Part shown: positions 51,382-61,422 of the stretch, one piece after another
How positions within the stretch are numbered: the first letter of the stretch is position 1
Layout: the number at the start of each line of letters is the position of its first letter
Assembly (NCBI GenBank): GCA_049322215.1
Contig: JBMORU010000001.1
Coordinates: 755 to 64,754 of the forward strand
Direction: 5' to 3'
Length of the DNA: 64,000 nucleotides
Origin: Patescibacteria group bacterium
GTDB lineage: Bacteria > Patescibacteriota > WWE3 > UBA101185 > UBA10185
Translations under genes and position numbers: made by a program
The notes under the pieces: model-generated
Databases searched by the model: none
Seen by the model: only the letters and a program-made list of their open reading frames with translations
What the model was told of the DNA's origin: nothing

Positions 51382-52581
51382 ATGCAAGACAAAGAGTTAA
51401 AAGTACTATTAACAATACCTTTCTTTTACCCACATAGAGGTGGCAGTCAAAAATACGCAGAAGAAGTTTTAGCACCAATGGTAGAAAAACATAAAAATGT
51501 AAAAGTTGACGTACTTTGTTACAACACAGATCATGTTTCTGAAAAAGAAGAATACCGAGGTTTTACTGTTTATAGAGTTCCTTGTTGGAACATAATTCCC
51601 GCACGTTTCGCTTTAGCTAAACCATTGGCATTAAATAAAAAATTAAAAGAACTTTCGCATGAAAAATACGACTATGTAATTACACATATAAGATTTTTTG
51701 ATCCTACATGGTGGGCATGGCGTTATGCTAAGAAAATAGGCGCTAAAAGTATATTTACCGGCCATGTACCCTCGCATCCTGCACATCAAAGTAAAATTGT
51801 TGAATTTGTGGCGAAAACGGTAGATTTAACTATTGCAACCTTATCTTTGAAAAAGTATGACTATTTGGTCTTTGTAAATAAGGCTTCTCAAAAGTTTTTT
51901 AAAGAAAAGCTAGGAGTAAAAAAAGAGTCCTTTCTTGTATATATAGGTGTTAATACTAAAGAATTTAAACATGCGAACATAGATAGTGAACGAAAAATTC
52001 CTACAACAAATAAAATACTGAATAAAGATGACATTCTGGTGCTATTTTTAGGTAGAGTTATTTGGACCAAAGGCCCGCAGTTTGTTATTGAGTCTGCTAA
52101 AGAACTAGTTAAATCAGGTTATAGCAATGTTTACTTTGTAATAGCTGGCCCAGGAGAATTAGAAAACGAACTTAAACAAAAAATAAAAGAATACGGATTA
52201 GAAGAAAAAGTGTTTATGACAGGGTCTTTAGAGTACGACAAAGTAAAACATTTATACTCTATAAGTGACATTTTTGTTAATCCCTCACATCATAACGAAG
52301 GGCTCCCTAACACATTGCTTGAAGCAGGAAGTTCAGAACTGTTAGTTATAGCTTCAGATAATGGTGGTACAACAGAGTTAGTAATAAATAATGAAACCGG
52401 AATAGTTATTCCACAAAAAGATCAGCAAGCACTAACCAATGCCTTAACATGGGCACTAAATAACCCACAAGAAGCAAAAAAACTCGCACAAAATATAAGA
52501 CAAAAAACTGTTAACGAGTTTGACTGGGATGCTCTATCAGAGCAATTTTATAATTTACTTGTAAATGACTTTAATAATTAA
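51382..52581 (+). CDS. Glycosyltransferase family 4
   Basis: FYPHRGGSQ, FLGRVIWTKG, NPSHHNEGLPNTLLEA, VIASDNGGTTE. Confidence 0.92.
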   Translation: MQDKELKVLLTIPFFYPHRGGSQKYAEEVLAPMVEKHKNVKVDVLCYNTDHVSEKEEYRGFTVYRVPCWNIIPARFALAKPLALNKKLKELSHEKYDYVITHIRFFDPTWWAWRYAKKIGAKSIFTGHVPSHPAHQSKIVEFVAKTVDLTIATLSLKKYDYLVFVNKASQKFFKEKLGVKKESFLVYIGVNTKEFKHANIDSERKIPTTNKILNKDDILVLFLGRVIWTKGPQFVIESAKELVKSGYSNVYFVIAGPGELENELKQKIKEYGLEEKVFMTGSLEYDKVKHLYSISDIFVNPSHHNEGLPNTLLEAGSSELLVIASDNGGTTELVINNETGIVIPQKDQQALTNALTWALNNPQEAKKLAQNIRQKTVNEFDWDALSEQFYNLLVNDFNN

Positions 52582-52679
52582 ATTGAGATTAGATTGCAGG
52601 CCTGCAAAATTCTTTAATTTGTTACACTGTTAGCTCAATTTATTTATTTTTTAACGTTGTGATAGTTTATTATTTCTAG

Positions 52680-53462
52680 TTACTTACCTCCTTGTACTGC
52701 GTGTTGCGGTTTTCGTAAGCTAGATTGATTTGGCTTAGAAACCTCTCCTCGCAAAAAATTTAATATTTTACAATCATCAGTAAATCTTCTTTTTAATATA
52801 TATAAAAAGTGACTCGTACCCGTTTTCCATATTTGTTGTTTACTTGGTTCTTTATCACGTACAGCGTGATCTATTGGGAATTGTCCAAATTTAACATTTT
52901 TGTTTACCATTGCAGCTATCTTAATCTCTGGCGATAAATTCCAGTCACCCATTTTTAAATTTAGTAAAGGTACTGCTTCTTTTTTCACGCCCCACATACC
53001 AGACAAACTGTCTTTTATATATCGTCCATACAAGAAAAGTATCTCAATATTTAAAATGTAAATTCCTAAACGGCGCACGGGCTTTATAGCCTCCGGGGTT
53101 TTTAAGGGTAATCGGTGCCCTACAACAAAATCAAAGTCATTATTTAGCATATATTCAAACATGTCTTTAATTTGATATGCAGGATAAGTGTCATCACCGT
53201 CCATCGCAAATATGTAATCACCTGTAGCATTCGCAAAACCAGTGATATGTGCATAGCCATACCCGATGCCATTTAACTTACGGTTTTCTGTTACAACTTT
53301 TGCACCGGCATTTTTAGCCACTTCTGCTGTATTATCGCTAGAACCGTTATCTACAACAATAATTTCATCTACATAGTCGGGAACGTGACTAATTGTAGTA
53401 GCTATGCCTTTCTCCTCATTTTTACACGGTATTATTAAACTAATTCTCTTGTCTTTTATCAT
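52680..53462 (-). CDS. Glycosyltransferase family 2 (DPM/DPG synthase-like)
   Basis: IIPCKNEE, VVDNGSSDNT, GYGYA, MDGDDTYP, DSLSGM. Confidence 0.92.
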   Translation of the reverse strand: MIKDKRISLIIPCKNEEKGIATTISHVPDYVDEIIVVDNGSSDNTAEVAKNAGAKVVTENRKLNGIGYGYAHITGFANATGDYIFAMDGDDTYPAYQIKDMFEYMLNNDFDFVVGHRLPLKTPEAIKPVRRLGIYILNIEILFLYGRYIKDSLSGMWGVKKEAVPLLNLKMGDWNLSPEIKIAAMVNKNVKFGQFPIDHAVRDKEPSKQQIWKTGTSHFLYILKRRFTDDCKILNFLRGEVSKPNQSSLRKPQHAVQGGK

Positions 53463-53576
53463 TCTAGTTTAATGCTCCTCCAAGCATAAATTAATAGTTT
53501 ATTACTATGAGTTATATATAACCAAAAACTATGAGTTATGTCAACACTTATTTTGAGAAAGTTTTTTCTATTATAT

Positions 53577-54170
53577 TCATTTGTTGAGATGAGAGCCTTT
53601 TAAGCGGAAATTTCTTTTTATGAAGTTATAAATTACTGAGTTACTCATTAGTGGCCATTTAATAAATTCCAAAAAAGCTAGTTTAAAGTATGTGGCAATA
53701 CTTATATAAGGACGATCCTCTACTGATATAAAGCTAATATTTATATTTTCTAACCTTTTAAGCTCTTTTGCTTTATTAAAAGCAATTTTAGCTCTACGCA
53801 TTTGAAGGGTGGAAGTTATTACAATTAGTTCATTTGGGAGCTTTTCATTGGCTATAAAATTAAAAGTGTAAAAAGCGTTGGTAATTAAGTCGTCTGAAAA
53901 GTTTTCTACTATTATAGAATCTTCGGGAACATCCAAGCTTTGTGCTAAAGACTTCATTGCCAGAGATTCACTAAACCCGTAATTGTTTAAGTAAAAACTG
54001 CTGTTCCCTGAGAAAATTATTTTTTCTACGGCATTTGCTTTGTATAGTTCTACAGATTTTTTAACACGATTTTGCGACAATATAGGTAAACTGCCGTCAT
54101 TAAGTATGCCATAGCCCAGTACCACTGCATATTTAGTTTTTACTTTATTTTGCTTCGAAGACATAGACAC
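53577..54170 (-). CDS. YdcF/DUF218 family protein
   Basis: VVLGYG...RV......Y......IIFSG...SES.AM...I.VE..S.....NA...VITS..QMRR. Confidence 0.8.
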   Translation of the reverse strand: MSMSSKQNKVKTKYAVVLGYGILNDGSLPILSQNRVKKSVELYKANAVEKIIFSGNSSFYLNNYGFSESLAMKSLAQSLDVPEDSIIVENFSDDLITNAFYTFNFIANEKLPNELIVITSTLQMRRAKIAFNKAKELKRLENINISFISVEDRPYISIATYFKLAFLEFIKWPLMSNSVIYNFIKRNFRLKGSHLNK

Positions 54171-54188
54171 ACGGACTTTATTATAACA

Positions 54189-54240
54189 AGAAAAAAACCC
54201 TTACATTAATTTCTGTAGTAGAAACTAACGTAAGGGTTTA
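54189..54240 (-). terminator. Long imperfect hairpin terminator
   Basis: AAACCCTTACGTTAGTTTCT...AGAAATTAATGTAAGGGTTT plus T tract on the minus strand. Confidence 0.7.
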
Positions 54241-54273
54241 TGCCCAAAACAACAAACTGGCTAGACTTTTAAG

Positions 54274-54681
54274 TTAGGGGCGCTCGGGATCCGGTATTTT
54301 AAAGAGCAAAACAGCAAAAGGGCCGATTTCTTCATGGGAAACTATAAAACGATACCCTCGTGGGAACTCGCCTTGGGTTTCATAAGAGAAAACAACCTCA
54401 TCACCCTCCACACCATGAAAAATCAACGTAATCACAGCATCCTCTACACGTAACGTATACTCGTTATCGTTCATTGGGGCTTCTGCGGTAAACTCCCTCT
54501 TGTCAGTGGCCTGGATCGACTCAATTCTACTGTTTAACTCAGCCGGCGAAGCTTGCTGCAAAGTAAATTCGGTGCCTTCATGCGTGGCCTCAACATAAAC
54601 TTCAGGGGTTGTTTCGGTGGGTAAACACGCTGCCAGCAGACCCAACAGCACAATGCTTAGCAAAAAAACTATTCGTCTCAT
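54274..54681 (-). CDS. Orphan lipoprotein-like protein (lipobox LLAAC)
   Basis: MRRIVFLLSIVLLGLLAAC, AAAGGA SD, TTGATA-N17-TATAAT promoter. Confidence 0.75.
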   Translation of the reverse strand: MRRIVFLLSIVLLGLLAACLPTETTPEVYVEATHEGTEFTLQQASPAELNSRIESIQATDKREFTAEAPMNDNEYTLRVEDAVITLIFHGVEGDEVVFSYETQGEFPRGYRFIVSHEEIGPFAVLLFKIPDPERP

Positions 54682-54831
54682 TTCTTTTTCCTTTTTATTT
54701 GGATTTGTGACCAATATAATCTACTTACAGGATCTTATTATAACAGTACAAAAGCCTCTTATCAATACTATAGGTTTGCAAGTGTGTTGCCAAGCATTAA
54801 GCAATTATTTGAGATATACTTAAATAGTATT

Positions 54832-55701
54832 ATGAAAAGAAAAGAACTAAATCAGTTACTTCCACAAATAATAGGCTTAGTAGTAGTTATTGCCACAGTA
54901 TTAATATCGATAGGTGGAAAAGAAATTCCAATTGGAACTAATGTAGCAAAAAAAGTAGGTAGATATAGTGTTAAAACCTATAAATACGGTGTATTTTTAA
55001 ATCAAACCCCATCTAGAGTTTTTTATAATTTTTCTCCATACGATGCGTATTATATAAATGATGACAACGACCAAATAAGATTACTATTTTGGGAGAATCT
55101 TATTGTCAGTAGCGAATTAAGTCAACCCATTGGATCGTTCAAATCACGACTCATTGCATTACTAAGCATATTTAATCAAATTCAACCTAAAGCTACATTT
55201 TTAACACAAGATGGGCCTTTAGTATTGGAAACTGCTGTAAACAACCATATGTTAAATGTTAAGCTCGCACAAAGCCCATACGAAGGCTGGGGACATCACA
55301 CTGTATTAACTATGTCATTTGATGACAACGATTACATTTTTACCCAGCAAGGTAACCTTTTAACCGAGAAAGATTCTGAAGAAGTAAAGGAGTTTGAAAA
55401 GTTTTTTAACTATAGTCTAAATCCACTAAACACAGAAATAGAAGAATTTAGTGAAAACCTAGAAGAAACAGAAATGGTAAAAAAAACACCAACTCCTGAA
55501 GATTTGAAAGTTAAAGAAGCTATATACATTGTGAATCCAAAAACAGAAGGTGTTTTAAGGATTAAACAGGAATTCAATCAAGACGCCGTTATTGAGGTTA
55601 ATTTAGAAAAAGAACTGATAGAATTTGTACAACCCAGCTGGAAAAAAGCAGAGGCAACTATAGAACTATTTGATTCGTTAGAGGAGGCACTTAATAAATG
55701 A
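54832..55701 (+). CDS. Hypothetical membrane-anchored protein
   Basis: Single N-terminal TM. Stop overlaps the start of the next gene. Confidence 0.7.
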   Translation: MKRKELNQLLPQIIGLVVVIATVLISIGGKEIPIGTNVAKKVGRYSVKTYKYGVFLNQTPSRVFYNFSPYDAYYINDDNDQIRLLFWENLIVSSELSQPIGSFKSRLIALLSIFNQIQPKATFLTQDGPLVLETAVNNHMLNVKLAQSPYEGWGHHTVLTMSFDDNDYIFTQQGNLLTEKDSEEVKEFEKFFNYSLNPLNTEIEEFSENLEETEMVKKTPTPEDLKVKEAIYIVNPKTEGVLRIKQEFNQDAVIEVNLEKELIEFVQPSWKKAEATIELFDSLEEALNK

Positions 55702-57665
55702 GCTACACTCAATACTTAATACCAATGGTTGCCGCTTCAATGTTTTATATTAGTCCAATTCTAATAGGGCGGGCTTTTATAATTTTAAAAAAGCTAGCGT
55801 ACAAAAGTAGAACATTAATTGAACTCGAAAGCGATGATAACGTTGCCTTTGCCATTACCGAACTAGTAATGAGTTTTGTGTACGGCGCCATAATAACGTT
55901 TGGCTTGGCATTTTTAACTTTTTCAGAAAAATTTAGCAGTCTTTTGAACAAAACATTTGCTCAGGGCTTCAGAAATGCAATGATCACGGCACTTACAGTT
56001 TCGACAGTAATTGTTTTAACAAACACAATTTTTAATTTACTTAAAAAACCTCAAATAAAACTAGCTAAACTCGCAGTGCCAATTTATATAATTGCACTGT
56101 CCTTAGGAGCATACGCAATTTGGCGATGGGATGCAGGCTTAAACACAACCTTAAATTGGGATTTATACGAACACCAAACCATAGTTAACGAAATGCAAAA
56201 GGGCAACTTTGATATAACACCGTTAAACCTTAGCGACACCTTTCAGTTTAATAGTTACTCAACCTTATTTCACGTTTTAATATTTCAGGCACAGTTGCTT
56301 GTTAAAAGCGATATATTAGGATTTTGGTGGTTTGTTGAATACTTTCACTTGCTAGGAACTATTGCCGTCTCATACGTTGTAGGATATGCCCTAACACGAA
56401 ACAAATGGATAGGTATAACAAGTGCGCTATTTGGAGCATTTATTTTTGAGTCATTCATTGCTTATACTTCTTTATTTTTAATTCCGCAAAACTTGGCAGC
56501 AACTGTTATAGCCGCATTTTTAGCTAGAACAGTGATTAGAAACCAAAGAGGAGATACAACGCACGAAATAAGTACAGGGATAGTAATAATATACTTACTT
56601 TTAAATCATTTAATAATTGGGGCAGCCGGCGTAGCTGTGGTGCTTTTTGCAAACTCTTACCTAAATATTTTCAAAAAAACAAAAAGAATACCTTTGCAAC
56701 AAATTTTGGTGTTGTTAGCCGCTTTAGTTGTGGTACTAAGTCCTTTAGTAACAAGCAAAATAGAAACATACGATGATCTAAATAGAGGAGAAGCAGAACA
56801 TTTTAATTTATCTATAGAAAGAAAACTTGGCCTAGTAACCGAATTCTACGGATTCACTTTTTTCATTTTACTCCCTCTAGGATTAATGTATGTAATAAAT
56901 CGTAAAAGAACTGATTTGTATTTACTTTTGCTAATTACACTTGGAACTTTAGGTGTTGTAGGAGCTACACTGCCTTATACGCTAAAGTTTTACACTACAG
57001 GCAGGTATCTTGTGCATGCGGTAATGGCAATCGGGTTCTGGGACATTGTGAAGCGTTTCAACGTTTTCTTTAAAAGCTTAAGCTTTTTGCTACTAACAGC
57101 TGCGCTATTAATTATCTACACCTTAAATATTAGCGGCTTCAAACAAACACCTGTATATAAAACAACATCTACACACGTAACAGATTACGAAATAGAAGCT
57201 GCAAAATTTATAAAAGATAACTATTATGGACAAAACGTGTGGATAGTAAGTGAGCCAGCAACAATGTACATTTTAGAAGGGCTTTCTGGAGTAAATTCCC
57301 CAGGCGGAGTATTTACTGAAATATCAAATAGAGAAGTACTATCTCAAATATATTTCACACGTGATTCAGTTGAAATGGCAAAGCAAATTTACAATATTGA
57401 TGATTTGTTGCTAAAAGAAAAACCCGACAAAATTTTATTTACAGTAAGCGGAAGGTTTTCACGCTGGCAAGGTTTTAAGGACAAATATAAGTTTGGGATT
57501 TTTTGGAACGTTTGGACACCAGAGGATTTAACATTGGTAGATTACGATTTTATTAACTTTATGGAAGAATACGCTAAGTTTAAGCTAGTTTTTAAAAATA
57601 ATGGTCTTGCTATATTTGAGGTTCCTAATCCTGAAAGAGTTGAGGGGTTTTCGAATGCACGCTGA
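55698..57665 (+). CDS. Polytopic membrane protein, possible GT-C glycosyltransferase
   Basis: More than 12 TM segments, WD...H loop motif, C-terminal soluble domain. Near GT2/GT4 genes. Confidence 0.6.
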   Translation: MSYTQYLIPMVAASMFYISPILIGRAFIILKKLAYKSRTLIELESDDNVAFAITELVMSFVYGAIITFGLAFLTFSEKFSSLLNKTFAQGFRNAMITALTVSTVIVLTNTIFNLLKKPQIKLAKLAVPIYIIALSLGAYAIWRWDAGLNTTLNWDLYEHQTIVNEMQKGNFDITPLNLSDTFQFNSYSTLFHVLIFQAQLLVKSDILGFWWFVEYFHLLGTIAVSYVVGYALTRNKWIGITSALFGAFIFESFIAYTSLFLIPQNLAATVIAAFLARTVIRNQRGDTTHEISTGIVIIYLLLNHLIIGAAGVAVVLFANSYLNIFKKTKRIPLQQILVLLAALVVVLSPLVTSKIETYDDLNRGEAEHFNLSIERKLGLVTEFYGFTFFILLPLGLMYVINRKRTDLYLLLLITLGTLGVVGATLPYTLKFYTTGRYLVHAVMAIGFWDIVKRFNVFFKSLSFLLLTAALLIIYTLNISGFKQTPVYKTTSTHVTDYEIEAAKFIKDNYYGQNVWIVSEPATMYILEGLSGVNSPGGVFTEISNREVLSQIYFTRDSVEMAKQIYNIDDLLLKEKPDKILFTVSGRFSRWQGFKDKYKFGIFWNVWTPEDLTLVDYDFINFMEEYAKFKLVFKNNGLAIFEVPNPERVEGFSNAR

Positions 57666-57724
57666 ATGACACTCTTTTCGCGCTTGAATGTTCTATAACT
57701 TAAGCCTGTGACTTTCTCAACAGT

Positions 57725-57785
57725 AAAAAAAATGGCGTAGAAAATACAATGCAGGTTTTATCCTTTATTGTACTTACTACGCCAT
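57725..57785 (-). terminator. Long imperfect hairpin terminator
   Basis: ATGGCGTAG.AAGTACAAT...ATTGTATTTTCTACGCCAT plus T8 on the minus strand. Confidence 0.7.
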
Positions 57786-57827
57786 GTGTCGCGTTAGTTA
57801 GTAGAACTAGCTAACTTTTGGTTTTGA

Positions 57828-58898
57828 TTAATCGTCCGTGCTAACAGTTGCATCAATGTGAGTAGGATCCAACGTAATGCCGCGCTCTTCGCAATAGGTT
57901 ACAGCGAATTCAGGATCCAAGTTGGCCGGAATACCTTTGTCTTCAATGCGTTCGCAATATTCCACCCGAAGCTGTTCAGCCCACAACATCTCAGCTTGTT
58001 CATAGAAGGCTTGTGTGCTGGGGCGACATACAGGAATTTTGGTTCCTTGATCGTTGATATCACCCCACGGTCCAATCGTGAACTTGGCAGCGGTCTGTCC
58101 AGGGCTGTTGTGAAAACCCAGTTTGATATCGATGCCGGGCAAAAGTTCAACACTACCACAGTTGGTTTGCATTGGCTCACCCGGATACTGAACGTTAATC
58201 CAGCTACCAGCGACTGCCCATGCAGACAAACCATCATTTGAAGGTAAGCCCATACCTTGCGGATCACCCTCAAAGTATAGTTGCTGCAAATAGGTAGAAT
58301 GTGTCACCTCTTGCTCCAAATCGCCATTGAAGTAGTCAAAACGACCATAGTGCAGTGTAACCGTGTAAGAGGCGCCACCACTCACTTCAAACTGGTAACA
58401 GTCCGTGAACAATACACCGGGTGCCGCATCAGGAGCATTACCCTCAACTACATGCGGGGTACCCCACTGACAGACAACATTTTCGGTGCTTTCCCAAATT
58501 TCGGGTTCTTCAAACGTGGCATCCATACCGGCAACCAAACCAGGTACAGCACGACCATATTGAAGAGCAGCATCGAATTCTTCTTGCCTAAAGGTACCTT
58601 CCACAGGGACTTCAACTTCGACCTCTACCGGAACTTCAACGATCCGCGTGGCTTCAACTTCAACCTCAATGCGTTCTACAATGGTTGTAGCAGTCGCAGC
58701 AGGCATAGCTTCGGCCTCGGCGGTTTCAGCTTCCGGACGGTTGTTCAAAGCGTTCTGAACAGATTCCCCATCAATCGTCGCAATGGCCGTAGGCTCACCG
58801 AGATCCAGGGGGACTTCAGTGTTTTCCTCGCCACAAGCAACAACAAACAGAGCGAAAACCAATACCAATACAAGTAAGATCCAATTCTTTTTAGACAT
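57828..58898 (-). CDS. Orphan acidic lipoprotein (lipobox VVAC) with VE-rich stalk
   Basis: MSKKNWILLVLVLVFALFVVACG, TAAGGAG SD, TTGTCG-N17-TATAAT promoter (59065-59037). Confidence 0.8.
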   Translation of the reverse strand: MSKKNWILLVLVLVFALFVVACGEENTEVPLDLGEPTAIATIDGESVQNALNNRPEAETAEAEAMPAATATTIVERIEVEVEATRIVEVPVEVEVEVPVEGTFRQEEFDAALQYGRAVPGLVAGMDATFEEPEIWESTENVVCQWGTPHVVEGNAPDAAPGVLFTDCYQFEVSGGASYTVTLHYGRFDYFNGDLEQEVTHSTYLQQLYFEGDPQGMGLPSNDGLSAWAVAGSWINVQYPGEPMQTNCGSVELLPGIDIKLGFHNSPGQTAAKFTIGPWGDINDQGTKIPVCRPSTQAFYEQAEMLWAEQLRVEYCERIEDKGIPANLDPEFAVTYCEERGITLDPTHIDATVSTDD

Positions 58899-59202
58899 GT
58901 CTATTCTCCTTATTAAGATTTTGTGGATCTGGCTTACAAAAAAGCAAAAATTTGACTATTTTGTGCCTTGAAAAGGTACTAAATTTAATACCCTTACAAG
59001 GCTCAAAATATTTAGTTCATAATGAATTCTGCATATATTATACCCTATAGTTAGAGTTGCGACAATAACATTTAAGTTAAATACAGAGTGTAAGGTGAGT
59101 GTATGGGGATTTCAATTTTGATTTGTGATCAATTTTGAATTTACACACTCACTAAACTAATTACAAGTTGCGTTTCGTTGTAATTAGGGCTCCCACTAAA
59201 AC

Positions 59203-59739
59203 CTATTCGTAAATGCTTACAAACTTATAGGTTTCTTCGCAATCGCCGCCGGGGTCATAGGTGAAAGTCGAGCCATACTGCGCATCGGCTGGAATTTCGA
59301 AGGTAACAAGACCACAGGCTTGGTTGGGCACTGTAGCTTGATCTCCGGGTTTCCATCCATGAACAGCAGCGGTATCTTCTTTGGCTGCGACGTCTGGGGC
59401 TGGGTAAGCGGTTTCGGTCGGTTCTTCGTTTGCGCCCAGGTCAAGGTCAACAGAAGATTCGTCGTTGCCAATGGCGGTAACGAATTCTTGCTGCATAACC
59501 CAGTTGTATGCCCTTTGGCCATAAAGCAAACTGACCGCACCGCAGATACACAGAACTAGGATCAAGGGAATGATCCACAACAAGCGACGTGAGTTTCCAT
59601 TCGAACCGGAAGCAGCAACTTGATTGAAATCATGGCCGCAATTGGGGCAAGTAGCTTCGGTGTCCTGTACCATGTTGTGGCAGTCAGGGCACTCTTTCTC
59701 GTTAAGGTTGGGAAGATTTACATTTGGTACTTGATTCAT
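59203..59739 (-). CDS. Zinc-ribbon + single-TM membrane protein
   Basis: CPDC...CPNCG, TM LLWIIPLILVLCICGAVSLL, TAAGGAG SD. Confidence 0.8.
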   Translation of the reverse strand: MNQVPNVNLPNLNEKECPDCHNMVQDTEATCPNCGHDFNQVAASGSNGNSRRLLWIIPLILVLCICGAVSLLYGQRAYNWVMQQEFVTAIGNDESSVDLDLGANEEPTETAYPAPDVAAKEDTAAVHGWKPGDQATVPNQACGLVTFEIPADAQYGSTFTYDPGGDCEETYKFVSIYE

Positions 59740-59778
59740 CGTTATTCTCCTTATCTAATAGTTTTTTTGACATTGTTC

Positions 59779-61422
59779 CTACTTCAAAAGAGTCGTTCGG
59801 CGGGCACGAGCCTTACGCAACGCTTGCTTTTTTTCGAGTTGACGCATTTCATCATAGGTTAAGGCGTTGAAACCAGGCTCTTCAATGGGATATCCCGCAG
59901 GTCCTGTAATTACATTGCCTTCCTCATCCCTCAGCAAACTCATATGCTCGTAAATTAAAGTGGACGGACCAAAGGGACGCTCATCACTATGGTGAGGAAC
60001 ACCGTCAGGAACAGTGGTCGGGACAAAGGCACGGCGTGCATTTATGAAAGCCACACCGTTTTGGACGGCATGCAATCTCTCCATTCGCACAGCATCAAGC
60101 AGCTCAGGGCCTTCTTCAGGAAGAAGATAGGGGCCACTTGCACGACTCTGCAAACGCAAATTCTGTACAATACCATCAATTTCGCGCAAAATTCCAGCAA
60201 CCAAGCCCGGAATGTGCGTCCAATTGGTAACACCTCCCTCATCAATTGGTTTATCCAAACCCTGTTCGTTGTAAATACGACGTAGTTGGGTTTCGGCATA
60301 ACCACTTGCAAAGAAGGCTTTCATGCGTGCTAGATCGCCAACTGTGCGCGCCTGAGAAGCAGAAACTTTCAACGAAGCCACGAAGCCAGAGGACTTACGG
60401 AATCCGTTTTTCTGTAGTTCCCAAACATCATCATATAGAGCCCAATCAAAGGAATCCCCATTGTTGATGATGGCAGAAGCAATACGCTTGATGTCCAGAA
60501 CAGTAAGCTCATCAGAAATGAGCATTACGTTGGGGGCCATCCGGTCTGCAACCCTATTGTTAAGATGCGCCATAATGTCCGGCAGCATCATCAACAGAGC
60601 CATAATACCGTAGGTACCCAAACGACTGGAAACAAAAATCGAATCTTCTTCGGTTTCCCACATGTGGCGAGAGCGATCCCAGGCATCTTGCGCTTTAGGA
60701 TTTAACACACCGTCGTGACGACGAATCATGTTATCGTAAGCACGCCATCCCAAAAACACTTTTGGAATGCCGGCAAATCCATTAAGGCCACGCTCTTTTG
60801 CGATACTTTCTGCAATGGCCAAGGCAAGTTTGTAAATACCTGCTCCTGTGCCACCCGCAGTGCCGATAAAGGCTACGGGAAGAATGTTCTTCACAATGCC
60901 CGAGCCTACCATAGCATCGGCAAACTCAAACATATAGTCTTCCAGGGCATCCTGCGTGAGATACATGATGTACTTACCTACAAGAGGCAGCGCACCAGCA
61001 CCCCAACGAACCGATCTGTTGCCAAACTCAGGATGTTGCACCAACTCTGCAAATTCAGCTCGCTCTTGTTCGTTGTCAAACGCTTCAAGAGGCACGCCGT
61101 GTTGAGCAACAGCTTCTTGCAAGGTCAGGTCCATATGCTCACCAAGGCGAACGATACCCCAATTTTGAGCTTGGGGGTTAGTTTTTTGGTCTTCAAAATC
61201 CCCAGCCTTGAAGTGGGTGTCAACTTTGATGACTTTGATAAGCGTTCGAAGATCAGGGTATTTTTGGAACAGACGCACAAATTCGTGGCCTAAACCGCCA
61301 ACACCGCCCAATAAGAATACAACGATAAGATCAACGTCTTTGATCTCCTCATGGGCGAAGAAATCCTTCAGAATAGGATCTTTACCCAGACGAGAGCGAA
61401 CATATTCCATGATTTTAGACAT
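59779..61422 (-). CDS. Divergent tubulin/FtsZ-superfamily GTPase (Tubulin_2-like)
   Basis: Ordered motifs LLGGVGG (T1), KVDT (T2), GAGALPLVGK (T3), GTAGGTGAG (T4 signature). GGAGG SD. Confidence 0.75.
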   Translation of the reverse strand: MSKIMEYVRSRLGKDPILKDFFAHEEIKDVDLIVVFLLGGVGGLGHEFVRLFQKYPDLRTLIKVIKVDTHFKAGDFEDQKTNPQAQNWGIVRLGEHMDLTLQEAVAQHGVPLEAFDNEQERAEFAELVQHPEFGNRSVRWGAGALPLVGKYIMYLTQDALEDYMFEFADAMVGSGIVKNILPVAFIGTAGGTGAGIYKLALAIAESIAKERGLNGFAGIPKVFLGWRAYDNMIRRHDGVLNPKAQDAWDRSRHMWETEEDSIFVSSRLGTYGIMALLMMLPDIMAHLNNRVADRMAPNVMLISDELTVLDIKRIASAIINNGDSFDWALYDDVWELQKNGFRKSSGFVASLKVSASQARTVGDLARMKAFFASGYAETQLRRIYNEQGLDKPIDEGGVTNWTHIPGLVAGILREIDGIVQNLRLQSRASGPYLLPEEGPELLDAVRMERLHAVQNGVAFINARRAFVPTTVPDGVPHHSDERPFGPSTLIYEHMSLLRDEEGNVITGPAGYPIEEPGFNALTYDEMRQLEKKQALRKARARRTTLLK

